In this document: positions 19,746 to 28,901 of the stretch, piece by piece
Numbering within the stretch: the stretch's first letter is position 1
Layout of the letters: every line of letters starts with the position of its first letter
Assembly: GCF_000341395.1 (NCBI RefSeq)
Contig: NC_020304.1
Coordinates: 2,070,001 to 2,102,000 of the forward strand
Reading direction: 5' to 3'
Source: Desulfocapsa sulfexigens DSM 10523
GTDB lineage: Bacteria > Desulfobacterota > Desulfobulbia > Desulfobulbales > Desulfocapsaceae
DNA: 32,000 nt
Position numbers and translations under genes: made by a program
The notes under the pieces: model-generated
What the model saw: the letters and a program-made list of their open reading frames with translations, nothing else
Told to the model about the DNA's origin: nothing
The model's database searches: none

Positions 19746-20540
19746 ATGTCCATGGAAAAAAAAGATCAGACTCTTGAGTTGCTTCATGAAATCCGCGGAG
19801 TGCTAGCCTGCCATCAGGTGAACTCAATAGACAGTTACCCCGCCAGCAGAGAACTGTTGTCTTTTTTTGAATCCTGTTTAAGACAGTCGGTGGAAGATGC
19901 ACCCCTGAGAGCAGTAGCTGGAACCCCGCAGGATATTCCAAAGCCTAAAGCAGAGTCACGGGCCGTAGATTCCAATCTTTTAGTGCTTGGTGAGATTGCT
20001 GATGAGGTTGCACAGTGCAGAAGTTGTTCGCTCGGTGGACGGGGTTTGAAAACAATGGCGGGGAAGGGCGGTTCTGGGAAAATTCGTCTTCTTATTATCG
20101 GGCACTGGCTGCCAACAGATGATGGAGCTGAGGCCGGGGCGGTTTTTGGAGTAGAAGAAGATCAGATGTTGAGGCGAATGCTGAATGCTATAGATCTCCC
20201 CAGGGAAGATGTCTTTGTGACCAACGTCATTAAGTGTGTGGTGGGTTCAGGGGTTCAGCCCCAGGTAGAGCACATTGATGCCTGCCTCTCATATCTGCAG
20301 CGACAGATTGCAGCTATTTCACCGGAACTGATCTGTACCATGGGGATGGTGGCTGTAAAGACGCTGCTGCGACTTTCTCAGCCACTGTCAAGACTGAGGG
20401 GAAAATTTTACACCTATAAGGGAGCGGAGGGGGTGGAAATACCGTTGTTGCCTACCTATCATCCCGGGTATCTGTTACAGAATCCGGAAATGAAAAATGC
20501 GACATGGCAGGATCTGCAGGCCATTCAGAAAATGCTGTGA
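19746..20540 (+). CDS. Family-4 uracil-DNA glycosylase-like protein, divergent motif 1
   Basis: CRSCSLGGRG, LLIIGHWLPTDDG...FGVEEDQMLRRMLNAIDL, VFVTNVIKCV...HIDACLSYLQRQI, LLPTYHPGYLL. The track start may be upstream of the true start. Confidence 0.8.
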   Translation: MSMEKKDQTLELLHEIRGVLACHQVNSIDSYPASRELLSFFESCLRQSVEDAPLRAVAGTPQDIPKPKAESRAVDSNLLVLGEIADEVAQCRSCSLGGRGLKTMAGKGGSGKIRLLIIGHWLPTDDGAEAGAVFGVEEDQMLRRMLNAIDLPREDVFVTNVIKCVVGSGVQPQVEHIDACLSYLQRQIAAISPELICTMGMVAVKTLLRLSQPLSRLRGKFYTYKGAEGVEIPLLPTYHPGYLLQNPEMKNATWQDLQAIQKML

Positions 20541-20548
20541 TGGGGACG

Positions 20549-20941
20549 TTATTCGCCTGGTTCGTAGAGTGCAATAAAACCTCTTTGCCCCAGACTCTTT
20601 AGAAAGGCTGCCACCGCTGTTTCTGCTTCCTGACTCGTCACATTGTAGTCCTGCGCGAAAATTCTGATAATATCCTTTACTGTCCGTGTTCCATCAATGA
20701 GCTTCCATACAAAACTCCCCATTCCATCCAGTTGCAGTTTCTTCGTCGGGAGTTCAGCCTGATTTTTACTGAACTTTTGATGCAGGGATGTGAAAAATCG
20801 GCTAAGTGGAATGGGGTAGGTGAAGAGGATGTCGCCATTGTCCAGCTCCTGCCAGTGGATAGTTTCGCTTTGTCTGGGGATGCAGGCAAGGGACTCGGTT
20901 CGGCTGAGGGGCTTGGCTGGATTAGAGAGATTGGATTTCAT
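20549..20941 (-). CDS. PqqD-like small protein (PQQ synthesis D / RiPP recognition-like)
   Basis: 130 aa; LQLDGMGSFVWKLIDGTRTVKDIIRIFAQDYNVTSQEAETAVAAFLKSLGQRGFIAL fits the PqqD winged-helix pattern. Confidence 0.75.
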   Translation of the reverse strand: MKSNLSNPAKPLSRTESLACIPRQSETIHWQELDNGDILFTYPIPLSRFFTSLHQKFSKNQAELPTKKLQLDGMGSFVWKLIDGTRTVKDIIRIFAQDYNVTSQEAETAVAAFLKSLGQRGFIALYEPGE

Positions 20942-21806
20942 AGCTCTTCAGGATGGTTGTGATCAGCCTGTTTGGAATAGGTTTTTTATCAAAAAAGAAG
21001 AGGCCGCTGAGGCGATCATGTTCTGGATGGTGGCGCAGGGTAACCCAGTGAAATGGTAGCTTGCGTTTGATCCGGTTGCGAATTTGTTGCAAAATCGATG
21101 GAAAGGAGCAGTGACTGACGTTTCCTTCCATATGCTGAGCATCTTCTTCGGAAATATCCAATTCTCCCAGGATATTCATAATCGTCAGCATGGACGACTT
21201 TTCCAAACGTTGCGAAGCTCCGGCCAGTCGGCAAAGGTGCATGGTGAGTCCCGAGTCAGCAAAAGAGAGGCGAGTGAGGCCGGCACCAAAATTATATCCG
21301 CTTAAGCTGAAACTACCGGGAAGAAGAATTTTGAAATCCTGGATTTCCCAGAGAATCCAGTCGCTTTTATTTTGCCTGTGGCAATGGATTGATTCAATGA
21401 TCTCAGTCAAACACTGGTGGTTTTTGGTTGCAGGGATATCAAAGAAGTAAAGCAAAAGAGTGGTTCCACATTCTTTGCAGATCATGATCGCAGCCTTTGG
21501 TTCTCCTGAGTCATTGTCAGCAAGAAGTGTTAAAGCATATTTTTTTTGCAGTTTCTCCCAGTGGGGTGGCAATTCTTCCAGTACAGTCAATCCGGTTTCG
21601 GCAGCAATCTTATGAAGAGTGGCAGCATTGGAACGTTTATGGTGTCTTTTTCCGTTCTGCCAGCGCAGTTCAAGGACAGGGCGGAAATTTTCTTCAAAAA
21701 GGAGGTGAGTGGGCTTTGTGACGATAGGCTCCCATTGTGTGGGACACTTGAGAGTGATTGTGTTCCAGCCGATTGTGCGGCTGCTGCCATTGATGGAAGT
21801 AGTCAC
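20922..21806 (-). CDS. Conserved-looking protein of unknown function
   Basis: 294 aa; overlaps the start of the PqqD-like ORF by 20 bp on the same strand; single long ORF with a CKEC pair; no family recognised. Confidence 0.72.
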   Translation of the reverse strand: MTTSINGSSRTIGWNTITLKCPTQWEPIVTKPTHLLFEENFRPVLELRWQNGKRHHKRSNAATLHKIAAETGLTVLEELPPHWEKLQKKYALTLLADNDSGEPKAAIMICKECGTTLLLYFFDIPATKNHQCLTEIIESIHCHRQNKSDWILWEIQDFKILLPGSFSLSGYNFGAGLTRLSFADSGLTMHLCRLAGASQRLEKSSMLTIMNILGELDISEEDAQHMEGNVSHCSFPSILQQIRNRIKRKLPFHWVTLRHHPEHDRLSGLFFFDKKPIPNRLITTILKSYEIQSL

Positions 21807-21812
21807 TTGAAA

Positions 21813-22412
21813 TTATTGGGGAATTAGATATGTCCAGTTACTCTCTGCGCGCTGTTTGAGTTGTTCTTCCGTTGCTTTGTTAATGTTTTGACTACACTGT
21901 TTAGAAAAGCAGGCCTGTTCTCTGATGATATTATCAGGGTAGTACAATTTGACCATGTTCCCGGTATTTTCATTCGGATTTCTGGTGTTATGCTGGAGAA
22001 TCAGGTGCACTCTGTTTTCGTTTTCATCTACAAATTTCCATTTCCAGATATGGAGAATACCAAAGGAATCTCCTTTCCATTCGCTTGGATCACCATATTT
22101 TTCCTTATACTTATCGAGCAGCAGATCAAAATATTTTTTACTGGAATCACTGTATTTTAACTTTATTCTTACGATCTCGCCGGGTTTTTCACAAATTGCA
22201 TAGGAAATAATTCCTTTGTCAAATCCATGCCAGTCGTAAATTACAACTTCCTTGAGAAAATTTGAATTTTCGATGTCTGGATAGTCTGTAATATCACTGC
22301 CGAGGATAAAACCACCGATTGCACGCGGTGGCTTTTCGGATGAAAATGCCAGGGGAAGCAGCACAAGAAACTGTGAGAAAATGATACTTATGATGAAAAA
22401 TTGCTTTATCAC
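21813..22412 (-). CDS. Hypothetical exported protein
   Basis: 199 aa with N-terminal signal peptide (MIKQFFIISIIFSQFLVLLPLAFSSEK); 6 bp upstream of the 294-aa gene in the same orientation. Confidence 0.7.
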   Translation of the reverse strand: MIKQFFIISIIFSQFLVLLPLAFSSEKPPRAIGGFILGSDITDYPDIENSNFLKEVVIYDWHGFDKGIISYAICEKPGEIVRIKLKYSDSSKKYFDLLLDKYKEKYGDPSEWKGDSFGILHIWKWKFVDENENRVHLILQHNTRNPNENTGNMVKLYYPDNIIREQACFSKQCSQNINKATEEQLKQRAESNWTYLIPQ

Positions 22413-22568
22413 AAAAAAACCTCTATGAGGGGAAAAAAATTAATACTTCTGGCCCTTGTTTATATTACTCTGTATCATGTAATAATGCTTCATTCCAGAT
22501 AATTTAGGTTCCGGTGTTCAATCGCAGGACGGATTCTATAATTACTTCCCATTTTGTCTTCGTAATAT

Positions 22569-25133
22569 ATGAAAAAAACGGCAAAAAAAAACAGTGTTCG
22601 CATTACGGAACGCTCTCTTTTTTACTGGATACTCCGGCGACATCGATCTACCCAACTGTTATTATTGTTAATTATTGTTGTCAGTCTGTTTTTTAAAGTA
22701 TTTCCCCTCGAGATGCAGAAGCGTATTATCAATGAGGCCATTTACTTAAAAGAAATCCAGTTGTTGTATCTCTACTGTGGCCTTTATATTGGGGCAGTTA
22801 CAGTTGCAGGGTTGCTTAAATATGGGATTAACATTCTTCAGGTATACATAGGCCAGAAAATTCTGGTGGAGATGCGTGAGGAGCTCTATCGTCATGTTTT
22901 GCAACTCCCCCTGCAGTTTTACCGAAAAATGCAACCAGGTACTGTTATTTCCGCAATGACAGCAGAGCTTAACGCCATCGGGTTCTTTCTTGGCGGCGCA
23001 CTTGCCATCCCCATCACAAGTGTTTTAACCTTTGTTGTTTTTATCGGGTTTATGTTTAACCTGAATAAATGGCTTGCACTGTTGAGTATGGCGATTTATC
23101 CCTTTGAGCTTATTGTTCTCCCCTATCTGCAAAAAAAATATAACACTCTCAATACGGAGCGTGTGAAAACCACCCGATCAATGGCGAATGTGGTAAACGA
23201 AGCCATCTCCGGAATTCATGAAATTCATGGAAACACCAGTTACCAATTGGAGGGAAAAAAGCTATCCTCCTATATTGCTGAATTATATCGACTGGTAAAG
23301 AAATTATTTATTGTAAAATATGGTATCAAGTTCGCCAATAATTTTTTCCAGTCACTGGGGCCATTTGTTCTTTTTCTCGTAGGTGGATACATGGCCATTC
23401 ATGGACAATTCACCCTCGGTGCTCTGGTCGCTTTTCTCTCGGCCTATGAAAAGGTATATGACCCCTGGAAGGAGCTCATTGAGTATTACCAGAGTTATCA
23501 GGATGCGCTGATCCGTTATCGTCAGATTATGCAGATTTTTGACTTTGAGCCACCTCATCTTATGCTGTTACCGGGGCGTGATCCTTTGGCACTGCAGGGT
23601 CAAATCAGCTTAAAGAATGTGACATATACTGTGCCTAGTGGAGTAAGGCTCCTTGAAAATATAAACCTTGAGATCAAGCCCAATGAGCAGATAGCTTTGG
23701 TTGGGTATTCGGGGTCGGGGAAGTCGACTCTTGCCTTGCTCATTGCACAACTGTATGACCCCAGCCAGGGGCGTATCGATTTTGATAAGAATTCACTTGA
23801 AGATCTCTCCAAAATGGATGTCGGCCATAATGTGGCAATGATAGCTCAGCAACCTTTTATCTTTTCCGGTACTATTCTCGACAATCTGCTTTATGGCGTT
23901 CAGGCAATTTCAGGCCAAAAGGAAATGCCCGAAAAATTGGTAATTCTTTCAGTAATCAAGAATGTTGGCCTTCAGGAAGACATTATCCGTTTTGGCCTTC
24001 AGGCAGTTCTCTCGATTGAGGAATGCCGTCCCTTCAGAGACAAATTTCTCCGTATGCGACAGATTATCCAGACGACTTTACGGGATGACTTTGAGTCTGC
24101 CATAGAATTTTATGATGTTGATAAATTTCTGTATTATTCAAGTATTCGGGACAATATCATTTTTGGTGACAGTTTGAGTGGTGAATTTACCGTTGAACGT
24201 TTACCGGGACATCTTCGCTTTGTCGGAGTACTTAATGAACTGAAGCTTGAGAAACCTCTTTTGACTCTGGGGTTTGCTATTGCCACCCAGACCGTTAATT
24301 TGTTGGCTAATTTTCAAGATGACGAGTTTTTCTTCCGGGATAATCCTATGGAGGTAAGTGAATTTCCAGTTTACAGTAAATTGCTTGGCCGTTTAAAAAG
24401 CCCACAGCCAAAAGATGAAGAGGCCCGTAGATTGTTGCTTATCCTGGCTCTTCGGTTTATTCCTAAGAAACATTCCATTATTTCGCTTCCTTCGGCTATG
24501 GAACAGAAAATTCTTCAGGCACGGCATCGTTTTCAAGAGACGGTTGTCGGTGTTGATATAGATCATTGTAAAAAACATGATGCCTGTACTCCGTGTAGTG
24601 TAATTCAAAAAAGTACTGAAAAAACTGGATTTATTCCATTTTGTCCCAGTGAGTATTTATATACTCGTACGCTCCTTGAAAATATTCTGTTTGGTGCCGT
24701 TAAATCTGAAGATGTTCTGGATGAGTATCTTCGGAAAATTGCTGCCGAAGCGTTTAAGGATGAAAAACTTCTCGACGAGGTTATGCATATCGGGCTTCAA
24801 TTTGAAGTCGGAAGTAAAGGTGACCGATTGTCTGGAGGACAGAAGCAAAAACTTGCCATCGCCAGGGCATTTTTAAAGGACGCCCCGATTCTCATCATGG
24901 ATGAGGCAACGGCGAGCCTCGACAATACTTCCCAGGCCGGTATTCAGGGTTTGCTGGAAAATGAATTCAAGGGTAAAAAAACCGTTGTTGCCGTGATCCA
25001 TCGTCTGGATTTGACCCCGGCATATGATCGTATTATTGTATTGAAGGCTGGAAGGATAGTTGAACAGGGCACATATGATGAATTGATGGCATGCAAAGGA
25101 GATTTTTATGAACTCACTCGGGCAGAATCCTGA
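22569..25133 (+). CDS. ABC transporter (fused permease and ATPase) with a large NBD insertion
   Basis: 854 aa; TM domain followed by Walker A GYSGSGKST (about 23703), Q-loop AQQPFIFSGTILDNLLYG, then about 270 extra aa before LSGGQKQKLAIARAF (about 24828), Walker B ILIMDEATASLD, H-loop IHR. Confidence 0.9.
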   Translation: MKKTAKKNSVRITERSLFYWILRRHRSTQLLLLLIIVVSLFFKVFPLEMQKRIINEAIYLKEIQLLYLYCGLYIGAVTVAGLLKYGINILQVYIGQKILVEMREELYRHVLQLPLQFYRKMQPGTVISAMTAELNAIGFFLGGALAIPITSVLTFVVFIGFMFNLNKWLALLSMAIYPFELIVLPYLQKKYNTLNTERVKTTRSMANVVNEAISGIHEIHGNTSYQLEGKKLSSYIAELYRLVKKLFIVKYGIKFANNFFQSLGPFVLFLVGGYMAIHGQFTLGALVAFLSAYEKVYDPWKELIEYYQSYQDALIRYRQIMQIFDFEPPHLMLLPGRDPLALQGQISLKNVTYTVPSGVRLLENINLEIKPNEQIALVGYSGSGKSTLALLIAQLYDPSQGRIDFDKNSLEDLSKMDVGHNVAMIAQQPFIFSGTILDNLLYGVQAISGQKEMPEKLVILSVIKNVGLQEDIIRFGLQAVLSIEECRPFRDKFLRMRQIIQTTLRDDFESAIEFYDVDKFLYYSSIRDNIIFGDSLSGEFTVERLPGHLRFVGVLNELKLEKPLLTLGFAIATQTVNLLANFQDDEFFFRDNPMEVSEFPVYSKLLGRLKSPQPKDEEARRLLLILALRFIPKKHSIISLPSAMEQKILQARHRFQETVVGVDIDHCKKHDACTPCSVIQKSTEKTGFIPFCPSEYLYTRTLLENILFGAVKSEDVLDEYLRKIAAEAFKDEKLLDEVMHIGLQFEVGSKGDRLSGGQKQKLAIARAFLKDAPILIMDEATASLDNTSQAGIQGLLENEFKGKKTVVAVIHRLDLTPAYDRIIVLKAGRIVEQGTYDELMACKGDFYELTRAES

Positions 25134-25650
25134 TCCACCCGTGATCAATCAACTCACTTGTACCCAGGAATTCTTGAACAGATGCCCTCTTTTTTCCGGG
25201 GCACCAGCTGGTGTCGTGGGGCTTTTTGCTTACCTTGCCAAAAGGGAGGAATATCTGAAGGGCCAGGACATATTGACTCAGGGGAAGCATTGTGACCGGC
25301 TTTTTCTCATACTTTCAGGTAAGGTTGATATTTTCCAGAATCATTCTGGGCGACGTTTTCATTTACAGCTTCTTTGCGAAGATTCTATCAATTATTTTGG
25401 AGAACTTGCTCTTCTCGCTGAGTTTGACTGGTTTTTTTCTGCACGTGCCTGGACCGATGTGAAGCTGCTCACCATCAGTCGTGAAGCTTTCAGTAAAGTC
25501 ATGGAGCGATACCCCGGATCCTACCAGAGCATGGTCCAGAAAATTATCAATCTCCGCATCAATCGTTTTGTTGACCAGCAACAGTATCTGATGGATCATA
25601 TCTCTTCCGATGCCTGGCGGGAAGATCCGTCTCAAGAAATTTTTTCATAG
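25108..25650 (+). CDS. Cyclic nucleotide-binding (CRP/cNMP) domain protein without an obvious DNA-binding domain
   Basis: LFAYLAKREEYLKGQDILTQGKHCDRLFLILSGKVDIFQ...SINYFGELALLAEFDWFFSARAWTDVKLLTISREAF; overlaps the ABC gene end by 26 bp. Confidence 0.87.
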   Translation: MNSLGQNPDPPVINQLTCTQEFLNRCPLFSGAPAGVVGLFAYLAKREEYLKGQDILTQGKHCDRLFLILSGKVDIFQNHSGRRFHLQLLCEDSINYFGELALLAEFDWFFSARAWTDVKLLTISREAFSKVMERYPGSYQSMVQKIINLRINRFVDQQQYLMDHISSDAWREDPSQEIFS

Positions 25651-25660
25651 AGGGAGTGTC

Positions 25661-26149
25661 ATGTCAGCTAAAGTATCATTATTCTATGTTATTTTTATGT
25701 TTTTCGTTCTTGTGGCGCTGGATGGCTGTGTGTCCGTTTCTTCTTCCACCTTTGGCCTTCAAAAACGAATGGAAGTTGAACAACTTTTTGAATCCGGCAC
25801 CCTTTTACCTGACCACACATATTACATTGACGGGTCAGAGGTTGAGCCCGATGCTATCATTGCTATTTCGAAAAAATTTCATCTGCAGACGAAGATCTGG
25901 ACCAGGAGAGAATGGACAGCTGAAGAGTTCAAGAAGGCCGTTTTCTGGATGCAGACTGGAGAGTATGGTTTTTGCAACACTGAAGGGGGAGTGTTGATAG
26001 CACCCGATGGTCAACAGATAGGTTTCTGGTACTCAAAAAGGGATATTGGTACCATTCGACAACCAGCTCCTGGGACTGTTGAGGTGTTTCCATTTAAATT
26101 CAGACCTGGGTCTCCATGCAGTCGTCAAGACATGATTGATGATTTATGA
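25661..26149 (+). CDS. Putative lipoprotein of unknown function
   Basis: MSAKVSLFYVIFMFFVLVALDGCVSVSS: signal peptide ending in a lipobox-like LDGC; ATG at 25661 follows GGGAG. Confidence 0.7.
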   Translation: MSAKVSLFYVIFMFFVLVALDGCVSVSSSTFGLQKRMEVEQLFESGTLLPDHTYYIDGSEVEPDAIIAISKKFHLQTKIWTRREWTAEEFKKAVFWMQTGEYGFCNTEGGVLIAPDGQQIGFWYSKRDIGTIRQPAPGTVEVFPFKFRPGSPCSRQDMIDDL

Positions 26150-26203
26150 TACTAGTTCTGTTTCGGTCTCTCTTACCTACAATTCAACTCTTTGAGTTTA
26201 CTC

Positions 26204-26794
26204 ATGCCTGTATATTCTCTCTATTTTGCTCTGTTTTGGGTCCTGTTTACTGTTTCCCCGGTTCTTGCAGGAAATTCACAACATATTATTGAACAGATCA
26301 GTCACGACCTGGAGCAGACCACTGACCTGCAGGCAAAAAGCAGTTTACACATCTACCGGGCCAGACAATATGCCAAAATTAACAAATTTGAACTGGCCCT
26401 GGAGGATTATAATGATGCCCTGGAACTTACTCATAAGGGCTGGATTCATCTGGAGCGCAGTCATCTACTTCTTGCAGCGGGGAAATATGAATTAGCCTAC
26501 GAAGATGCAAATGCGGCCAAGGAGGAGGTTCCGACGCTCACCAGGGAGGCTGATAAAGTTATTGAAAAGGCCGTGGCAGAAGTGAGGAGACAATATGAGG
26601 CAGAAAATCCCATTTCTATTGTAATGGACAGCAAGGTGAACCCATACAGAAAAACCCGTTTTGACCTGATGAAGAAACAGGGAGTGGGGATGTTTGCTGC
26701 CAGTTCTCAAAGAAGAGCCAATAGTGCTGCTGGAAAACATAAAGCTGTAACCAGACAGACAACGTCAAAGTGTGCTCCAAAAGCAAGGAGCTGA
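26204..26794 (+). CDS. Exported TPR-like repeat protein
   Basis: Signal peptide MPVYSLYFALFWVLFTVSPVLAG; TPR-like ARQYAKINKFELALEDYNDALELTHKGWIHLERSHLLLAAGKYELAYEDANAA; basic C-terminal tail. Confidence 0.7.
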   Translation: MPVYSLYFALFWVLFTVSPVLAGNSQHIIEQISHDLEQTTDLQAKSSLHIYRARQYAKINKFELALEDYNDALELTHKGWIHLERSHLLLAAGKYELAYEDANAAKEEVPTLTREADKVIEKAVAEVRRQYEAENPISIVMDSKVNPYRKTRFDLMKKQGVGMFAASSQRRANSAAGKHKAVTRQTTSKCAPKARS

Positions 26795-26854
26795 CGTAGA
26801 CGCTAGTAGCCCATAAGTTTATGGGCCATTCTGAGCTAAGATGAAGAGGAAGGA

Positions 26855-28813
26855 TCAGTAGGCCATATGACCCAGTGATTTCATAATCAGTGCCAGCCCC
26901 ATGGCAAACATCCCAGTCAGTCCCATACCGCAGGAAAATCCAGCAAGCAGCACAGGAGCATACTGCCGCCACATGGGACCATACCGTTTGAAAAAGAAAT
27001 AGCGACCAAGAAATGCACCAAGTACCTCCAATATCAGACCATGGGGGGTAGACTGGCCAAGTCCCCGTACCACTCCATAGATAAGGAGGATGGGCAGGCC
27101 AAAGAGACTGAGGAGAAAATACATCAGCAGGCCGAAGCCAAGACCGGAAAAGACGGTGGTACTGTTGAGGGCCTGATAGAACATGGAGTTTCCCTCCATG
27201 GTGGATGTCTGCATCAGCAGGGTGTTCAGAGCCTGCAGGTGCCAGAGTTCCTGGGCATAGGGGTAGTGGCTCGATGGTATGGGGGCCAGTCTCCATATAA
27301 ACTGGGAAAAGAGCAGGCTTGCCACCATAACAATGGGAAAAACCACAATTTCTGCCTTGATAATTCCTCGGATGGAAGTTCCTGTGAGTTCGATTTGCCT
27401 GAACTGTACCGTCGCTTCTCCGTAGTTGTGTATGGGGATGGGTGCGTACCAGATTTCAATCCCCTGGTAGCCGAAAAAACGTGCTCCTGCAATGAAACTG
27501 GCCTCACGAACCAGTGGCAGGCTGACAAACTGTCCGGCGATACCCTCCATTCTTGCGGTGATGTAGGAAATGATCGGGGTGTAAATAAATCCATAACCGA
27601 GAAAGAATATCCATGGAAAATTTGGTACCAGCCAGACGCAGAGTCCGACATACGAAAGAGTCGAGAAAAAATAAATTATTATTGAGATCCAGAAGTTGAA
27701 ATCACCACGTCCTTTCGGCGGATGGAAGAGATCATGGAGAGTACCCATGTGTTCTTTGGTGCCGTGGTAGGATCGCACTACCGACCAGATTCCAATGCCC
27801 CCAATGGCGAGTCCGAGCCCGATACCAAAACTCATATAGAAGTCAAAGTTGTTAGCAAAAACAGTGTCAACGGTAGCCATGCCCGGATGCCAGCGCTGCA
27901 GAATTCCCTGAGCATAGAGAATAGGGTTCAGGATAATGGTGATGATGAGACCGATCAGGCCTCCAATAACCGCCCAGAACGGAAGCACCATTCCAACAAA
28001 GACCAGGCCCAGATCCAGCTGAATTCCTGTGGCTACCGCAGGAAGGATATCTTCTGTATGGCTGGTAAGTTCTATCCATGGAATGGGGATGAGACGGATC
28101 TGTTCGTTAAAAATAAGACCCGAGGCGATGGGCAACAGGACATACACAGCACCAAAGACCAGACCTATCATTCCCCCGATGGAGAAGACCCTCCACTTCC
28201 AGCTCTTTTTCTTTTCTTCAGTGGATTCGGCAAGGGCCATGGTTCCCAGTGCGGCAACCGGTGCCATGGGAAATGGCAGTTTCTCAACGTCGGAGGTTAT
28301 CCTGTAGAGGGCATACCCTAAACCGAAATGATCTATACGCTGAACGATCTGGGAACCCACCAGAAGGAGAATGGGAATCATCCAGTCTCTGTGAAAAAAA
28401 GTCCGTTCAACCATCGACATGGAGTCGGGGCCAGGAGCTATCCAGGTAGGAATGAACTCAGTAAGGCCAAGCATTCGGGCCGCATCGGATTGAACGAGAT
28501 ACTGATTCCAGAGCAGACCGGAAAAGGGTGAGGCAAGAGCAGCACCTGCCATGTAGTAGAGAAGGAAGATCTCCTGCTGTTTGAGATCGGAATGTGCGCG
28601 CTTTGCCACTTCTGCAAAAAGAATGATGGTTACCCAGCGGGCAGCAGGACCGATGCCCTGGCCAATAACAAGCTGCAGGTACATGGAGCCTGGCATCATC
28701 AGAAAACCGATAAAGACGGCACCCACAATGGTCTTCCAGTCAAATCCCTCTTCAAAGTGATCGGGAGGTTTGAGGAGATCTCTATATTCTTTAAGTTCTT
28801 TGTCGTCGTACAT
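26855..28813 (-). CDS. OPT-family-like oligopeptide transporter / large polytopic membrane protein
   Basis: 652 aa, many TM segments; FDWKTIVGAVFIGFLMMPGSMYLQLVIGQGIGPAARWVTIILFAEVAKR..., GVVRGLGQSTPHGLILEVLGAFLGRYFF. Confidence 0.7.
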   Translation of the reverse strand: MYDDKELKEYRDLLKPPDHFEEGFDWKTIVGAVFIGFLMMPGSMYLQLVIGQGIGPAARWVTIILFAEVAKRAHSDLKQQEIFLLYYMAGAALASPFSGLLWNQYLVQSDAARMLGLTEFIPTWIAPGPDSMSMVERTFFHRDWMIPILLLVGSQIVQRIDHFGLGYALYRITSDVEKLPFPMAPVAALGTMALAESTEEKKKSWKWRVFSIGGMIGLVFGAVYVLLPIASGLIFNEQIRLIPIPWIELTSHTEDILPAVATGIQLDLGLVFVGMVLPFWAVIGGLIGLIITIILNPILYAQGILQRWHPGMATVDTVFANNFDFYMSFGIGLGLAIGGIGIWSVVRSYHGTKEHMGTLHDLFHPPKGRGDFNFWISIIIYFFSTLSYVGLCVWLVPNFPWIFFLGYGFIYTPIISYITARMEGIAGQFVSLPLVREASFIAGARFFGYQGIEIWYAPIPIHNYGEATVQFRQIELTGTSIRGIIKAEIVVFPIVMVASLLFSQFIWRLAPIPSSHYPYAQELWHLQALNTLLMQTSTMEGNSMFYQALNSTTVFSGLGFGLLMYFLLSLFGLPILLIYGVVRGLGQSTPHGLILEVLGAFLGRYFFFKRYGPMWRQYAPVLLAGFSCGMGLTGMFAMGLALIMKSLGHMAY

Positions 28814-28901
28814 AGTTAAAAACTCAGGTGTTGAAGTTTGAAGGCTGACGGCTGCAGGTGTTGTTTACCTCTAGCCTTCAGCCTAATCACCTTCTGTCTA
28901 C

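Noticed and set aside
26616-27296. 226-aa minus-strand ORF
   Set aside because: It overlaps the 652-aa OPT-like gene on the same strand in another frame; Trp/Cys/Ser-rich out-of-frame composition is typical of a shadow ORF.
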